Positions 45,287-59,069 of a stretch of DNA of 64,000 nt are shown one piece after another. Each line of letters begins with the position of its first letter. The first letter of the stretch is position 1. Source of the DNA: Escherichia coli (GTDB taxonomy: Bacteria > Pseudomonadota > Gammaproteobacteria > Enterobacterales > Enterobacteriaceae); assembly GCF_044647545.1 (NCBI RefSeq), contig NZ_CP172818.1; one strand, given 5' to 3'. The notes below the pieces were generated by a model that was not told where the DNA came from, did no database searches, and was given only the letters and a program-made list of their open reading frames with translations. The position numbers were made by a program, and so were the translations under genes.

Positions 45287-45961
45287 CAAAACACTCAATT
45301 ACTTAAATTTAACACAAATCATCAACAAAAATACAACTTCCATTCAATCTCTTTATTAATACACCTTCCACCATCCACATATAAAACACATTCGAATTCT
45401 TACACCACCCTCAACTAAAGGACACAAAAACAAACCAACACCTCAAAAACACCACATACACTAAACAAGCAGCATCACCCATAAATGTATAAGTCATACT
45501 TTTGTTTTGGGTGTATTTCAATCTGTTAAAAAGTTTTTCGCAACGCTAGCAAGCAAAAATGAAACAGGAATAATCGAAATGGGATGTTGCGCACAGTTAA
45601 AATAACTCACCGTAAATAATCATCTGCTATAAATAATCACTTTCATGCAATACCCGATAAGCTATTTTTAAACAGACACTTACCGCACAACAAACTAATT
45701 AAATACAAAGAAAGGCAACAATCAACCTAATGTTAATAAAATGTTTTGCATATATTAACCACTTGTTTAATATGGGAAATCAGTACATTATTTTCTTATA
45801 AATACAGTTGAAATCATATGATCACCGAGAGTGATTGATTAATTATCTTTACTAATGACCAGACTAATATTTACCTGTTTTACTGAGTTGGGATTGCGTC
45901 GTTTCTCCATTAGGAGTAAAGCTTTAATGTCACCTGCAGTTCACAGAATAAGGAACAGGTT

Positions 45962-46390
45962 ATGAGCTATAGCAATATTCTTGTCGCCGTTGCGGTTACA
46001 CCGGAAAGTCAGCAACTGCTGGCAAAAGCGGTATCTATCGCCAGGCCAGTAAAGGGACACATCAGTTTAATTACTCTCGCTTCCGACCCGGAAATGTACA
46101 ATCAATTAGCCGCGCCGATGCTTGAAGATTTACGCAGCGTGATGCAGGAAGAAACGCAAAGCTTTCTTGATAAGTTAATTCAGGATGCGGGGTATCCCGT
46201 TGACGAGACGTTTATTGCCTACGGTGAGTTAAGCGAACATATTCTGGAGGTTTGTCGCAAACATCATTTCGATTTGGTGATTTGCGGTAATCACAATCAC
46301 AGTTTCTTTTCGCGAGCATCCTGCTCGGCGAAAAGAGTGATTGCCTCTAGTGAGGTCGATGTGCTGTTAGTTCCACTTACGGGAGATTAA
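45962..46390 (+). CDS. uspC: Universal stress protein C, 142 aa
   Basis: MSYSNILVAVAVTPESQQLLAKAVSIARP... UspA-family fold. Confidence 0.92.
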   Translation: MSYSNILVAVAVTPESQQLLAKAVSIARPVKGHISLITLASDPEMYNQLAAPMLEDLRSVMQEETQSFLDKLIQDAGYPVDETFIAYGELSEHILEVCRKHHFDLVICGNHNHSFFSRASCSAKRVIASSEVDVLLVPLTGD

Positions 46391-46396
46391 CCGCTC

Positions 46397-49749
<3,353 letters not shown>

Positions 49750-49763
49750 CATACTCTCCTTAC

Positions 49764-51278
49764 TCAGGCAACTGCCTGGCTGACTTTAGGCATCGCAAGG
49801 CTCAGTGCCTGACGCTCATCTGCCTGCTCGTGTAACAATTCACCGGCGATTTCGCCTTCCCGCATCACCACAATCCGGTCGGCAACGCCGAGGACTTCAG
49901 GTAAGTCGCTGGAGGCAAACAGCACCGCCACACCCTGTGCCGCCAGCGCATAAATCACGTTGTAAATTTCATGCTTAGCACCAACATCAATGCCACGCGT
50001 AGGTTCATCCAGCAAAATGACCTTCATCTCTTCCGATAACCAGCGGCCCAGAATGGCTTTTTGCTGATTTCCGCCTGAAAGATTCATGATCAGTTGCTCT
50101 GCGCCCGGCGTTTTGATGTTGAGCGAACGAATGTGGTGATCGGCATTGTTTTCTTCCCAACCGTTGTTGATTACACAACCGCCAAGCACATGTTTACGTC
50201 TGGCACTGATGTTGATATTGTCGCGAACGGAGTGCACGGGAATAATGCCTTCCGCTTTGCGATCTTCCGGACAGAGCATCATGCCTGCGGCAATGGCGTG
50301 GCTCGGTTTACGAATATCGATCGGCTGTTGGTCGATATAAACCTGACCGGCGGTGATTTGCGTCCCGCCAAACATGCCTTTCATTAATTCGCTACGCCCT
50401 GCCCCGACCAGACCAAACAGACCGACAATTTCACCACTGCGAACCGCCAGACTTATTGGCGTACGCACGCCTGGTGCTTTCACAGCATCAAGACGCAGCC
50501 GCTCCTCGCCATAACTACGCGGTTGCCAGCCGTAGATATCGCCGATGTCGCGCCCAACCATCGCCTGTACCAGTGCGTCGTGGTCAACCTGCTGCATATC
50601 GGTAAAGGTTTTGACATAACGCCCATCTTTAAAGACAGTGATGGCATCGCTTAGGGCAAATATTTCTTCCATACGGTGAGAAACGTATAAGATCACCCGC
50701 CCCTCTTTTCGCAGTTCACGAATGACGCGAAAAAGATTGTCGATTTCACGGGCAGAGAGGGAGCTGGTTGGCTCATCAAAGGCGATAATTTTGGCATTAC
50801 GCGCCAGGGCTTTGGCAATTTCAACCATCTGCCACTGACCAATGGAGAGATATTTCAGCGGCGTGTCCGGGTCAATATCCATACCAAGATGTTTAAGTTG
50901 TAAACCCGCCTCATAATTCAGCAATGAGCGATTCACAATGCCGCCTTTATGCGGCAGCTGGCCGAGATAGATGTTTTCCGCGACGGTCATTTCCGGCACG
51001 AGATGCAGTTCCTGGTAAATAATCGCCACCCCCGCGTTAAGTGCTGCGGTCGTGTCGGAAAAGGACATTTCCTGCCCATTAATCACTACAGAACCCGTGG
51101 TTGGCGCATAGTTGCCGCTGAGGATTTTTAAGAGAGTTGATTTTCCTGCGCCATTTTCACCCATCAACGCATGAACCTGACCGGCATAGCAATCAAAACT
51201 AATATCCGTCAGCGCCTTAACGCCGGGAAATGTTTTACCGATGCCGCGAAATGAGAGATACGGGGTAGACTGTTGCAT
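49764..51278 (-). CDS. araG: L-arabinose ABC transporter ATP-binding protein (two ABC domains), 504 aa
   Basis: [28 protein letters not shown]...; two Walker A / signature sets; start at the internal ATG 51278. Confidence 0.95.
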
Positions 51279-51347
51279 AACGTCTCCGTGAATCACTGGT
51301 CGTTCACACCCCCTCTGCATCATGCAGAGGGGAATTTTTCCGGCAAA

Positions 51348-52337
51348 TTACTTACCGCCTAAACCTTTTTTCTCCAGTTCTTCTTTAAAGTTGTCACGCG
51401 TGATCAGTACCACGTCGGTAACTTCGGTAAATTTTGGCGGTTCAACGTCTTTTGCTACCCAGTTGTAAAGCATTTCGCTGGATTTATAGCCATGTACGTC
51501 CGGGCTTGGCAGCAGGGAACCGTAGAAGCCGGTTGCCTGTGCCTTAGACAGTTCGCTCACCGCATCCACACCGTTAATACCGATACCGATGATATCGGCC
51601 GCTTTAAAGCCCTGACCTTCCGTCGCGCGTACGCCGCCCAGCACGGTGCTGTCGTTCATACCGACGATCAGCCAATGTTTAACTTCCGGATGTTGAACCA
51701 GCATTGAGTTGGCAGCGTCAAATGCCCCCGGGATGTCGTTAGATTTGGTAGGTACCTGATAAATTTGTTTTTCCGGGAATCCTGCAGCTTTCAGCGCATC
51801 CATAGACCCCGTAGTACGGCGACGGGCGGTATCCAGTTCGTTGGCGGTAATCGCCATCACCGCGCTTTCTTTGACATCCCAGCCACGTTTCTGCATCTCT
51901 TTATACAGTTCCTGGCCCTGACGTTCGCCAATTTTAGTCGCCGCCATCATCACCAGAGGAACGGTATCCATTGGCTTACCTTTGGCGTTAACAAACTGGT
52001 CATCCACGGCAATGACTTTCATATCGTAGCCACGCGCTTTCGCGACGATGGCAGAGCCGAGTTTGGGGTCCGGAGTACAAATAACGAAACCTTTTGCGCC
52101 ACTGGCTGCCAGGCTGTCGATCGCGTTCAATGTTTTTTCGCCATCCGGCACGGCAATCTTAATAACCTCAAACCCTAAATCCTTCCCGGCTTTATCGGCA
52201 AACTTCCATTCGGTCTGGAACCACGGCTCTTCCGGTTGCTTCACCAGGAAACCGAGCTTCAGGTTCTCCGCCATAGCGGATTGTGACATAACGGCTGCCA
52301 GACCAATGGCTGCCAGGGCTTTAGTAAATTTGTGCAT
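51348..52337 (-). CDS. araF: Periplasmic L-arabinose-binding protein, 329 aa
   Basis: MHKFTKALAAIGLAAVMSQSAMAENLKLGFLVKQPEEPWFQ...; signal peptide; start at the internal ATG. Confidence 0.95.
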   Translation of the reverse strand: MHKFTKALAAIGLAAVMSQSAMAENLKLGFLVKQPEEPWFQTEWKFADKAGKDLGFEVIKIAVPDGEKTLNAIDSLAASGAKGFVICTPDPKLGSAIVAKARGYDMKVIAVDDQFVNAKGKPMDTVPLVMMAATKIGERQGQELYKEMQKRGWDVKESAVMAITANELDTARRRTTGSMDALKAAGFPEKQIYQVPTKSNDIPGAFDAANSMLVQHPEVKHWLIVGMNDSTVLGGVRATEGQGFKAADIIGIGINGVDAVSELSKAQATGFYGSLLPSPDVHGYKSSEMLYNWVAKDVEPPKFTEVTDVVLITRDNFKEELEKKGLGGK

Positions 52338-53132
52338 GGTTCTCTCCAGCTTTAGTGTCGTTTTGTGTAGGGCAAAAACGAATGACATTCGTTAAATTAA
52401 TCGGAAAACAAAGCATTACCTTTTAACTAAAAGATAAGTGACTGTGTTGACATAGTTTTAGCGAGAAATTAATTCTCCATAGGAGAGCAATATCACATCG
52501 CAGAATTACAGTGAGAACGTGCATAAATTTAGCGGGAAAAGACATAAGGAAAAGCCAATTTGTCTGACAAATTGTCTAGTGCACAGCAGATTAATCCATA
52601 AGATTAGCCTGGAAATCCTTGTTGTCTTTGGTACCCAGCGGGATGTCTTTTTTTTAACCAGTCAATAGGCCACATTACCTGGCGTTGAGTTTTTGCAATG
52701 GTGTAATAACCGCAACTCAAAGATGTGGAAAAAGCGCGTCATTCATTTCGCCATTAATTATCACCGTGTTCATTAATTAACAGAACACGTATACTGAGAG
52801 CCATATCGCAAAAATGAAAAAACGTTTTAAAAAATCATTGCTTCATCATGAATTCAAATTCACCGATTAATATCAACAAGATACAAAAAGCACTATCATT
52901 AAAATTCATTGCAGTTACATTGATTTCATCAATGAAATGTAAAAATATATAAACTTGATGATTTAAGCATTTTCTTATACCCATTCAGACGTTATTCTTA
53001 TTTCAGATCATCGTCAGAATTGACTCCACGATCACATTTCGGACCGGCAGAAAGGAATTATTCTGCAAACAGTAATTATGGTGTTTTGATTTATCTTGCA
53101 CCTCTCCACTTCTGGATATAAGGATATTAGGT

Positions 53133-53636
53133 ATGGCAACCGCTGGAATGCTTCTCAAACTCAACTCTCAAATGAACCGCGAGTTTTACGCATCCAATCT
53201 CTACCTTCACCTGAGTAACTGGTGTTCTGAACAGAGTCTGAACGGCACCGCCACTTTCCTTCGCGCCCAGGCACAGAGTAACGTGACCCAAATGATGCGC
53301 ATGTTTAACTTTATGAAGAGTGTCGGCGCTACTCCCATCGTTAAAGCCATTGATGTTCCCGGTGAAAAACTGAACTCACTGGAAGAACTTTTCCAAAAAA
53401 CGATGGAAGAATACGAGCAACGTTCAAGCACGCTGGCACAGTTAGCCGATGAAGCTAAAGAACTGAATGATGATTCAACCGTCAATTTCCTGCGCGATCT
53501 GGAAAAAGAACAGCAGCATGATGGCCTGTTGCTGCAAACCATTCTTGATGAAGTGCGCAGTGCGAAACTTGCTGGTATGTGCCCTGTGCAGACCGACCAA
53601 CATGTTCTGAATGTCGTGTCGCATCAGCTGCATTGA
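53133..53636 (+). CDS. ftnB: Ferritin-like protein, 167 aa
   Basis: [44 protein letters not shown]...; ferritin four-helix fold, paralogous to ftnA. Confidence 0.9.
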   Translation: MATAGMLLKLNSQMNREFYASNLYLHLSNWCSEQSLNGTATFLRAQAQSNVTQMMRMFNFMKSVGATPIVKAIDVPGEKLNSLEELFQKTMEEYEQRSSTLAQLADEAKELNDDSTVNFLRDLEKEQQHDGLLLQTILDEVRSAKLAGMCPVQTDQHVLNVVSHQLH

Positions 53637-53640
53637 TCGT

Positions 53641-53676
53641 CATCGGCGCTAATGCAATTGCGCCGATGAAGTTTTT
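53641..53676 (+). terminator. Rho-independent terminator downstream of ftnB
   Basis: Hairpin catcggcgc...gcgccgatg followed by a T-run. Confidence 0.6.
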
Positions 53677-53681
53677 GAGAA

Positions 53682-53716
53682 ACCGCTGCCTCATCTTTTT
53701 GAAGCAGCGGTTTTTT
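53682..53716. terminator. Second hairpin plus T6 between ftnB and yecJ, possibly bidirectional
   Basis: aaccgctgc...gcagcggtttttt abutting the yecJ stop. Confidence 0.5.
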
Positions 53717-53966
53717 AATGGGATTCGCCCTGTGGGGTAAACTTGAGTTCAATCAGCGCGATGGCTTTTTGGATTGCCCGCATGGTGACCGGGTCTGCGG
53801 CGGCGGGATGGTGAGTAAAGTCGATATTCTTCAGCTGGCTGGACATTTTTTCGCGAACTTCAACGGGCGCGATTACATCCAGAACGTCGAGAATTTGTTT
53901 GATAACCAACTGGCAAGCAACCACATCAGAAACCAGTTCCTGATCGGCATTCAGCGGCTGGGACAT
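53715..53966 (-). CDS. yecJ: DUF2766-family small protein, 83 aa
   Basis: [41 protein letters not shown]... Confidence 0.85.
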   Translation of the reverse strand: MSQPLNADQELVSDVVACQLVIKQILDVLDVIAPVEVREKMSSQLKNIDFTHHPAAADPVTMRAIQKAIALIELKFTPQGESH

Positions 53967-54052
53967 CGTAAACTCCTGATAGCATTTTGAAAGCCGTTAT
54001 AGTAGCGGCTTCACATCTTCAGCGATAGTCACATCCACCGTCACCAGGACAC

Positions 54053-54080
54053 AAAAAAACCTGCCGGAGCAGGTTTTTTG
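54053..54080. terminator. Bidirectional terminator (A-run, hairpin, T-run) at the azuC 3' end
   Basis: acaaaaaaacctgccggagcaggttttttg; symmetric flanks permit termination in both directions. Confidence 0.65.
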
Positions 54081-54167
54081 TTATCGGAACATATTGCCTG
54101 GCGGTACGTCTTTGAACGTCTTGCAATAGTTATTGAACATACTTTTCAGGATTTTGCGCAGTTTCAT
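54081..54167 (-). CDS. azuC: 28-aa small protein AzuC
   Basis: Minus-strand ORF atgaaactgcgcaaaatcctg... translating to MKLRKILKSMFNNYCKTFKDVPPGNMFR; below the 60-aa cutoff of the ORF track. Confidence 0.85.
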   Translation of the reverse strand: MKLRKILKSMFNNYCKTFKDVPPGNMFR

Positions 54168-54249
54168 CGCGGCACTCCGACCATTTGTTATACAGGTGTT
54201 ATTGTCTTTGCACTTATAATATGACAACCATCACAAAAATCAATCTTTA

Positions 54250-54265
54250 TGTGATGCAAATCACA
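54250..54265. promoter_or_regulatory. CRP-type palindrome upstream of azuC
   Basis: TGTGATGCAAATCACA, perfect CRP-like half-sites, about 85 nt upstream of the azuC ATG. Confidence 0.65.
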
Positions 54266-54428
54266 TAAATACCCCTTTAATGTTATAAAAATGATAATCA
54301 AAAAGCAGCCCCCCATTTCTGACACCTACAGATGGCAAGAAATAGCGCCTGCCAGGCGTCTTTTTCGGCCATTGTCGCAGCGCTGTAACACGTAAAATAG
54401 TGCTTTCTCTTACTCTTCTGGCTGGACC

Positions 54429-54752
54429 ATGAGACTTCTGATTCTGACTCTTTCATTAATAACGCTGGCGGGGTGTACGGTTACTCGCCAGGCCCATGTG
54501 AGCGAAGTTGACGCGGCAACAGGTATTGTACGGTTGGTTTATGACCAGGCTTTTTTGCAGCATGCCCATACCGATCGTTATGTCAGTCGCGGGATCGCCG
54601 ATCGCGCATGCCAGCAGGAAGGCTATACCCACGCGATCCCCTTTGGTCAGCCAGTAGGCAACTGTAGCCTCTTTGCGGGTTCCTTATGTTTGAATACGGA
54701 ATTCACTTTGTCATATCAGTGCCATCATTCCGCCTTCCCTGTCTTTCTCTAA
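54429..54752 (+). CDS. yecR: Lipoprotein YecR, 107 aa
   Basis: MRLLILTLSLITLAGCTVTRQ... lipobox LAGC. Confidence 0.88.
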   Translation: MRLLILTLSLITLAGCTVTRQAHVSEVDAATGIVRLVYDQAFLQHAHTDRYVSRGIADRACQQEGYTHAIPFGQPVGNCSLFAGSLCLNTEFTLSYQCHHSAFPVFL

Positions 54753-54922
54753 ATGTTTTAATCAGCGAGGGGATCTTCGCTGATTAAATAAATAGCGGTA
54801 ATGCGTTTTATTCCCATTCGTATTTTTAATAATTGAAGTTTATATTTTACCTTTTGCAAATAATAAAATAACAAATTATAGTGACGCCACAGCAACAAAT
54901 ATAACCTTTGTGGAGCACTATC

Positions 54923-55420
54923 ATGCTGAAACCAGAAATGATTGAAAAACTTAATGAGCAGATGAACCTGGAACTGTACTCTTCACTGCTTTATCAGCAA
55001 ATGAGCGCCTGGTGCAGCTATCATACCTTCGAAGGTGCTGCCGCGTTCCTGCGCCGCCACGCCCAGGAAGAGATGACGCATATGCAGCGTCTGTTTGATT
55101 ATCTGACTGATACCGGCAACTTACCGCGTATTAATACCGTTGAATCTCCGTTTGCTGAATATTCCTCACTTGATGAATTATTCCAGGAAACCTATAAACA
55201 CGAACAATTAATCACGCAGAAAATTAACGAACTGGCTCATGCTGCGATGACCAATCAGGACTACCCAACATTTAATTTCCTGCAATGGTATGTTTCTGAG
55301 CAGCATGAAGAAGAGAAACTGTTCAAATCGATTATTGATAAATTAAGCCTGGCAGGCAAAAGCGGCGAAGGTCTGTATTTTATCGACAAAGAACTCTCTA
55401 CCCTCGACACACAAAACTAA
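54923..55420 (+). CDS. ftnA: Ferritin (iron storage), 165 aa
   Basis: [56 protein letters not shown]...; start at the internal ATG 54923. Confidence 0.95.
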
Positions 55421-55426
55421 TGTTCT

Positions 55427-55453
55427 CCGGCGGCAGGTTTACTGCCGCCGTTT
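55427..55453 (+). terminator. Hairpin downstream of ftnA (weak T-run)
   Basis: ccggcggcag gtttact gccgccg ttt. Confidence 0.35.
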
Positions 55454-55457
55454 CAAA

Positions 55458-55697
55458 TCAGTGACGGCAAATCTTACTCTGATCGGTCGAAAAACCTTCT
55501 TCCGAAGGTATAAATTTGCCTTTTGCTGCCAGAAACGCTACCAGCTCTCCCGCTGTCATCCCTTCTGCCGAGCAGGTGTGAAAACGTGCCTGTTCACCAA
55601 AACGCGCTTTAATCGCAGCTTCCAGACTGGCATGCGTATATTGCTCGCCTGATTCAATCATCATATTTAACACTTCGTGACCGTGAATAGAGTCCAT
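55458..55697 (-). CDS. yecH: Small Cys-containing protein YecH, 79 aa
   Basis: MDSIHGHEVLNMMIESGEQYTHASLEAAIKARFGEQARFHTCSAEGM... Confidence 0.85.
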   Translation of the reverse strand: MDSIHGHEVLNMMIESGEQYTHASLEAAIKARFGEQARFHTCSAEGMTAGELVAFLAAKGKFIPSEEGFSTDQSKICRH

Positions 55698-55778
55698 CGT
55701 TCCTCCTCAAAAAAAGGCTAGCGTAGCGATTGCCGCTTACCAAGACTTTGCGCCAGCGCAGGACTGAACGCATTTTAT

Positions 55779-55796
55779 TGTACATTTATATTTACA
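55779..55796. promoter_or_regulatory. TyrR box in the tyrP promoter
   Basis: TGTACATTTATATTTACA fits TGTAAA-N6-TTTACA, about 90 nt upstream of tyrP. Confidence 0.65.
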
Positions 55797-55887
55797 CCAC
55801 ATGTAACGCCGGTTTGACGAACCAGCCGTTATGCCTTAACCTGCGCCGCAGATATCACTCATAAAGATCGTCAGGACAGAAGAAAGC

Positions 55888-57099
55888 GTGAAAAACAGAA
55901 CTCTGGGAAGTGTTTTTATCGTGGCGGGAACCACAATTGGCGCAGGCATGCTGGCAATGCCGCTGGCTGCGGCAGGTGTTGGTTTTAGCGTCACGTTAAT
56001 CTTGTTGATTGGGCTTTGGGCGTTGATGTGCTACACGGCGCTATTACTGCTGGAGGTGTACCAGCATGTCCCGGCAGATACCGGCCTGGGCACGCTGGCA
56101 AAACGCTATCTGGGACGCTACGGTCAGTGGCTGACGGGCTTCAGTATGATGTTCTTAATGTATGCTCTGACTGCGGCATACATCAGCGGTGCCGGTGAAT
56201 TGTTGGCCTCCAGCATCAGCGACTGGACAGGTATTTCAATGTCGGCAACCGCTGGCGTGCTGTTGTTCACTTTTGTTGCCGGTGGCGTGGTTTGTGTCGG
56301 GACATCGCTGGTCGATTTGTTTAACCGTTTTCTGTTCAGCGCCAAGATTATTTTTCTGGTGGTAATGCTGGTACTACTGCTGCCGCATATTCACAAAGTG
56401 AATCTTTTAACCCTGCCGTTGCAACAGGGACTGGCACTGTCTGCAATCCCGGTGATTTTTACGTCGTTTGGTTTTCACGGTAGCGTGCCGAGTATTGTCA
56501 GCTATATGGATGGCAACATTCGTAAGCTACGCTGGGTGTTTATAATCGGTAGTGCGATCCCCCTGGTGGCATATATTTTCTGGCAGCTGGCGACCCTTGG
56601 CAGCATTGATTCAACAACCTTTATGGGATTGCTGGCTAATCATGCCGGATTAAACGGGCTGTTACAGGCGTTACGCGAAATGGTGGCCTCTCCGCATGTT
56701 GAGCTGGCGGTGCATTTATTTGCTGATTTAGCCCTCGCCACGTCATTTCTCGGCGTTGCGTTAGGCTTATTTGATTATCTGGCTGATTTGTTTCAGCGTT
56801 CAAATACCGTTGGTGGACGATTGCAAACTGGTGCAATTACCTTTCTGCCGCCACTGGCGTTTGCACTGTTTTATCCACGAGGATTTGTGATGGCGCTGGG
56901 TTACGCCGGTGTGGCGCTGGCGGTACTGGCATTGATTATCCCTTCGCTGTTGACCTGGCAAAGCAGAAAGCACAATCCTCAGGCGGGTTACCGGGTGAAA
57001 GGTGGTCGTCCGGCGCTGGTGGTGGTGTTTCTCTGTGGTATTGCTGTGATTAGCGTGCAATTTTTGATTGCGGCAGGTTTGTTACCAGAAGTGGGGTAA
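55888..57099 (+). CDS. tyrP: Tyrosine-specific transport protein, 403 aa
   Basis: [36 protein letters not shown]...; aromatic amino acid permease family. Confidence 0.95.
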   Translation: MKNRTLGSVFIVAGTTIGAGMLAMPLAAAGVGFSVTLILLIGLWALMCYTALLLLEVYQHVPADTGLGTLAKRYLGRYGQWLTGFSMMFLMYALTAAYISGAGELLASSISDWTGISMSATAGVLLFTFVAGGVVCVGTSLVDLFNRFLFSAKIIFLVVMLVLLLPHIHKVNLLTLPLQQGLALSAIPVIFTSFGFHGSVPSIVSYMDGNIRKLRWVFIIGSAIPLVAYIFWQLATLGSIDSTTFMGLLANHAGLNGLLQALREMVASPHVELAVHLFADLALATSFLGVALGLFDYLADLFQRSNTVGGRLQTGAITFLPPLAFALFYPRGFVMALGYAGVALAVLALIIPSLLTWQSRKHNPQAGYRVKGGRPALVVVFLCGIAVISVQFLIAAGLLPEVG

Positions 57100-57149
57100 T
57101 CAGATTCTTATTGGGTGCCAGAATTAACGCTGACACCCAATTTGACCTC

Positions 57150-57815
57150 TTAATGCAGGCAGCACTGCTTAAATTTCTTACCACTGCCGCACGGGCAAGG
57201 ATCATTTCGCCCCGATTTCTCTTCTGCTTTGATCGGTTGCTGAACAGCTTTTTCCTGCGGATGCGCCATCCAGTATGCATGTAAATCAAGCGCCGCCAGT
57301 CGAATAGCATCTACGCTCTCTTCAAACGCTTCTGGCGACATCTTCTCTACCCGCTCGAAGTTTTCCTCAGTACCGTGCAGCGCAATCGCCTCCAGCGCTG
57401 GTTTTAACGAATCGGGCAACGTTGACCAGTCAGAAAGTGCCACGCCCCGCATATAGCCAAAGCACCACTCCTCAACAATCGTCAGCTCGCTGCCATCGAC
57501 TTCTCGCAAGCCGAATAACGGCTCAAACTGCTCCGGGAATTCGTTCAGACGCTCTGCGGTATCGGCCATATGTTGAAAAGCCAGGTTCATAAAGCGTGTC
57601 ATCTCTTTCTCTGACGCCCAGCGCGGCACATAGTCAGCACCACCCCACACGGCAACCAGCCACTGTGCCGGTTCAATCTCTTGCGGAGAACTCAACACCG
57701 CCGTCAATAAACCGTCCAGCTCCGCCACATCAAGGATGGCGTGGTCAGTGTTGTATTTGGTCAGAATATCGTCCAGCCATTCCAACTCACTTTCGTTTAA
57801 CGGTCCCGTTTTCAT
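57150..57815 (-). CDS. yecA: UPF0149 / SEC-C-motif protein YecA, 221 aa
   Basis: C-terminal SEC-C metal-binding motif ...[17 protein letters not shown]. Confidence 0.9.
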   Translation of the reverse strand: MKTGPLNESELEWLDDILTKYNTDHAILDVAELDGLLTAVLSSPQEIEPAQWLVAVWGGADYVPRWASEKEMTRFMNLAFQHMADTAERLNEFPEQFEPLFGLREVDGSELTIVEEWCFGYMRGVALSDWSTLPDSLKPALEAIALHGTEENFERVEKMSPEAFEESVDAIRLAALDLHAYWMAHPQEKAVQQPIKAEEKSGRNDPCPCGSGKKFKQCCLH

Positions 57816-57943
57816 ACGCTTTTCCTTGTGGATCTCAACTCGCCAGCACCTATCTTATATGCCGGTCCGTATCAGAGATACTTTTTGAGTGGCTTTGCCG
57901 GCGATTAAAAATTAAGGAGGGTGTAACGACAAGTTGCAGGCAC

Positions 57944-57965
57944 AAAAAAACCACCCGAAGGTGGT
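57944..57965 (-). terminator. Rho-independent terminator downstream of the tRNA operon
   Basis: Hairpin ccacccgaaggtgg followed by T7 on the minus strand. Confidence 0.6.
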
Positions 57966-58010
57966 TTCACGACACTGCTTATTGCTTTGATTTTATTCTT
58001 ATCTTTCCCA

Positions 58011-58097
58011 TGGTACCCGGAGCGGGACTTGAACCCGCACAGCGCGAACGCCGAGGGATTTTAAATCCCTTGTGTCTACCGATTCCACCATCCGGGC
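58011..58097 (-). tRNA. leuZ: tRNA-Leu (anticodon UAA)
   Basis: Reverse complement reads GCCCGGATGGTGGAATCGGTAGACACAAGGGATTTAAAATCCC...GGGTTCAAGTCCCGCTCCGGGTACCA, 87 nt with long variable arm. Confidence 0.97.
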
Positions 58098-58109
58098 TCG
58101 GGAAGAAAG

Positions 58110-58183
58110 TGGAGGCGCGTTCCGGAGTCGAACCGGACTAGACGGATTTGCAATCCGCTACATAACCGCTTTGTTAACGCGCC
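58110..58183 (-). tRNA. cysT: tRNA-Cys (anticodon GCA)
   Basis: Reverse complement reads GGCGCGTTAACAAAGCGGTTATGTAGCGGATTGCAAATCCGTCTAGTCCGGTTCGACTCCGGAACGCGCCTCCA. Confidence 0.97.
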
Positions 58184-58237
58184 AAATTCTTCAGGCCTTT
58201 CAGCCAGACATCCGCTTGACGCCGATGTCTTTTAAAC

Positions 58238-58313
<76 letters not shown>

Positions 58314-58464
58314 ATTCATCAAGCAATCAGTTAATCACTTGATTTTATTATCGTCTGGCAATCAGTGCCGCCGTTCGATGCGTTGCATTCTACTTACCTG
58401 GCGCGATGAGTCAACGATATTTTTCACCACTTTTGATCGTTTGCTGAAAATTGCGCCGAAACGA

Positions 58465-59013
58465 TCACTGATCAAGCAAATCTGCACGCGCAGCGCTCAA
58501 ATATTGCAACATTGACCACAGCGTCAGTACCGCAGCCACAAAGAAAAGTGCAATACCGGCGTACTCAACCCAAATGTTCGGACGCCACAGCAGCCAGGCC
58601 AACGCCACCATCTGGGCAGTTGTTTTCACTTTCCCAATCCAGGAGACAGCCACGCTACTGCGTTTACCCAACTCCGCCATCCATTCGCGTAGCGCAGAAA
58701 TAATAATTTCACGGGCGATCATCGTTGCCGCCGGTAATGTCACCCACCAGCTGTGATAATGCTCGGTTACCAGCACCATGGCGATAGCCACGAGAACTTT
58801 ATCTGCGACAGGGTCAAGGAAAGCACCAAACCGGGTACTCTGGTTCCAGCGGCGTGCCAGAAAACCATCGAACCAGTCAGTCACCGCCGCGACGCAGAAA
58901 ATGAGCGCGGCGGCAAACGGCGACCAGGTGACAGGCAGATAAAAGACCAATACAAAGAATGGGATAAGGATGACACGGAACAGTGTAAGCAACGTAGGGA
59001 TATTAAATTGCAT
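58465..59013 (-). CDS. pgsA: CDP-diacylglycerol--glycerol-3-phosphate 3-phosphatidyltransferase, 182 aa
   Basis: [27 protein letters not shown]... CDP-alcohol phosphatidyltransferase motif. Confidence 0.95.
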
Positions 59014-59069
59014 AATGACGGGTAACTATCTGTTGTCAGTAAGATTACCCCTATGTTGCTACAGAGACA

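Noticed and set aside
45019-45961. Searched for an insertion sequence or prophage remnant upstream of flhD
   Set aside because: No transposase-like ORF or terminal inverted repeats; the region is plain AT-rich regulatory DNA. The absence itself is reported as a finding.
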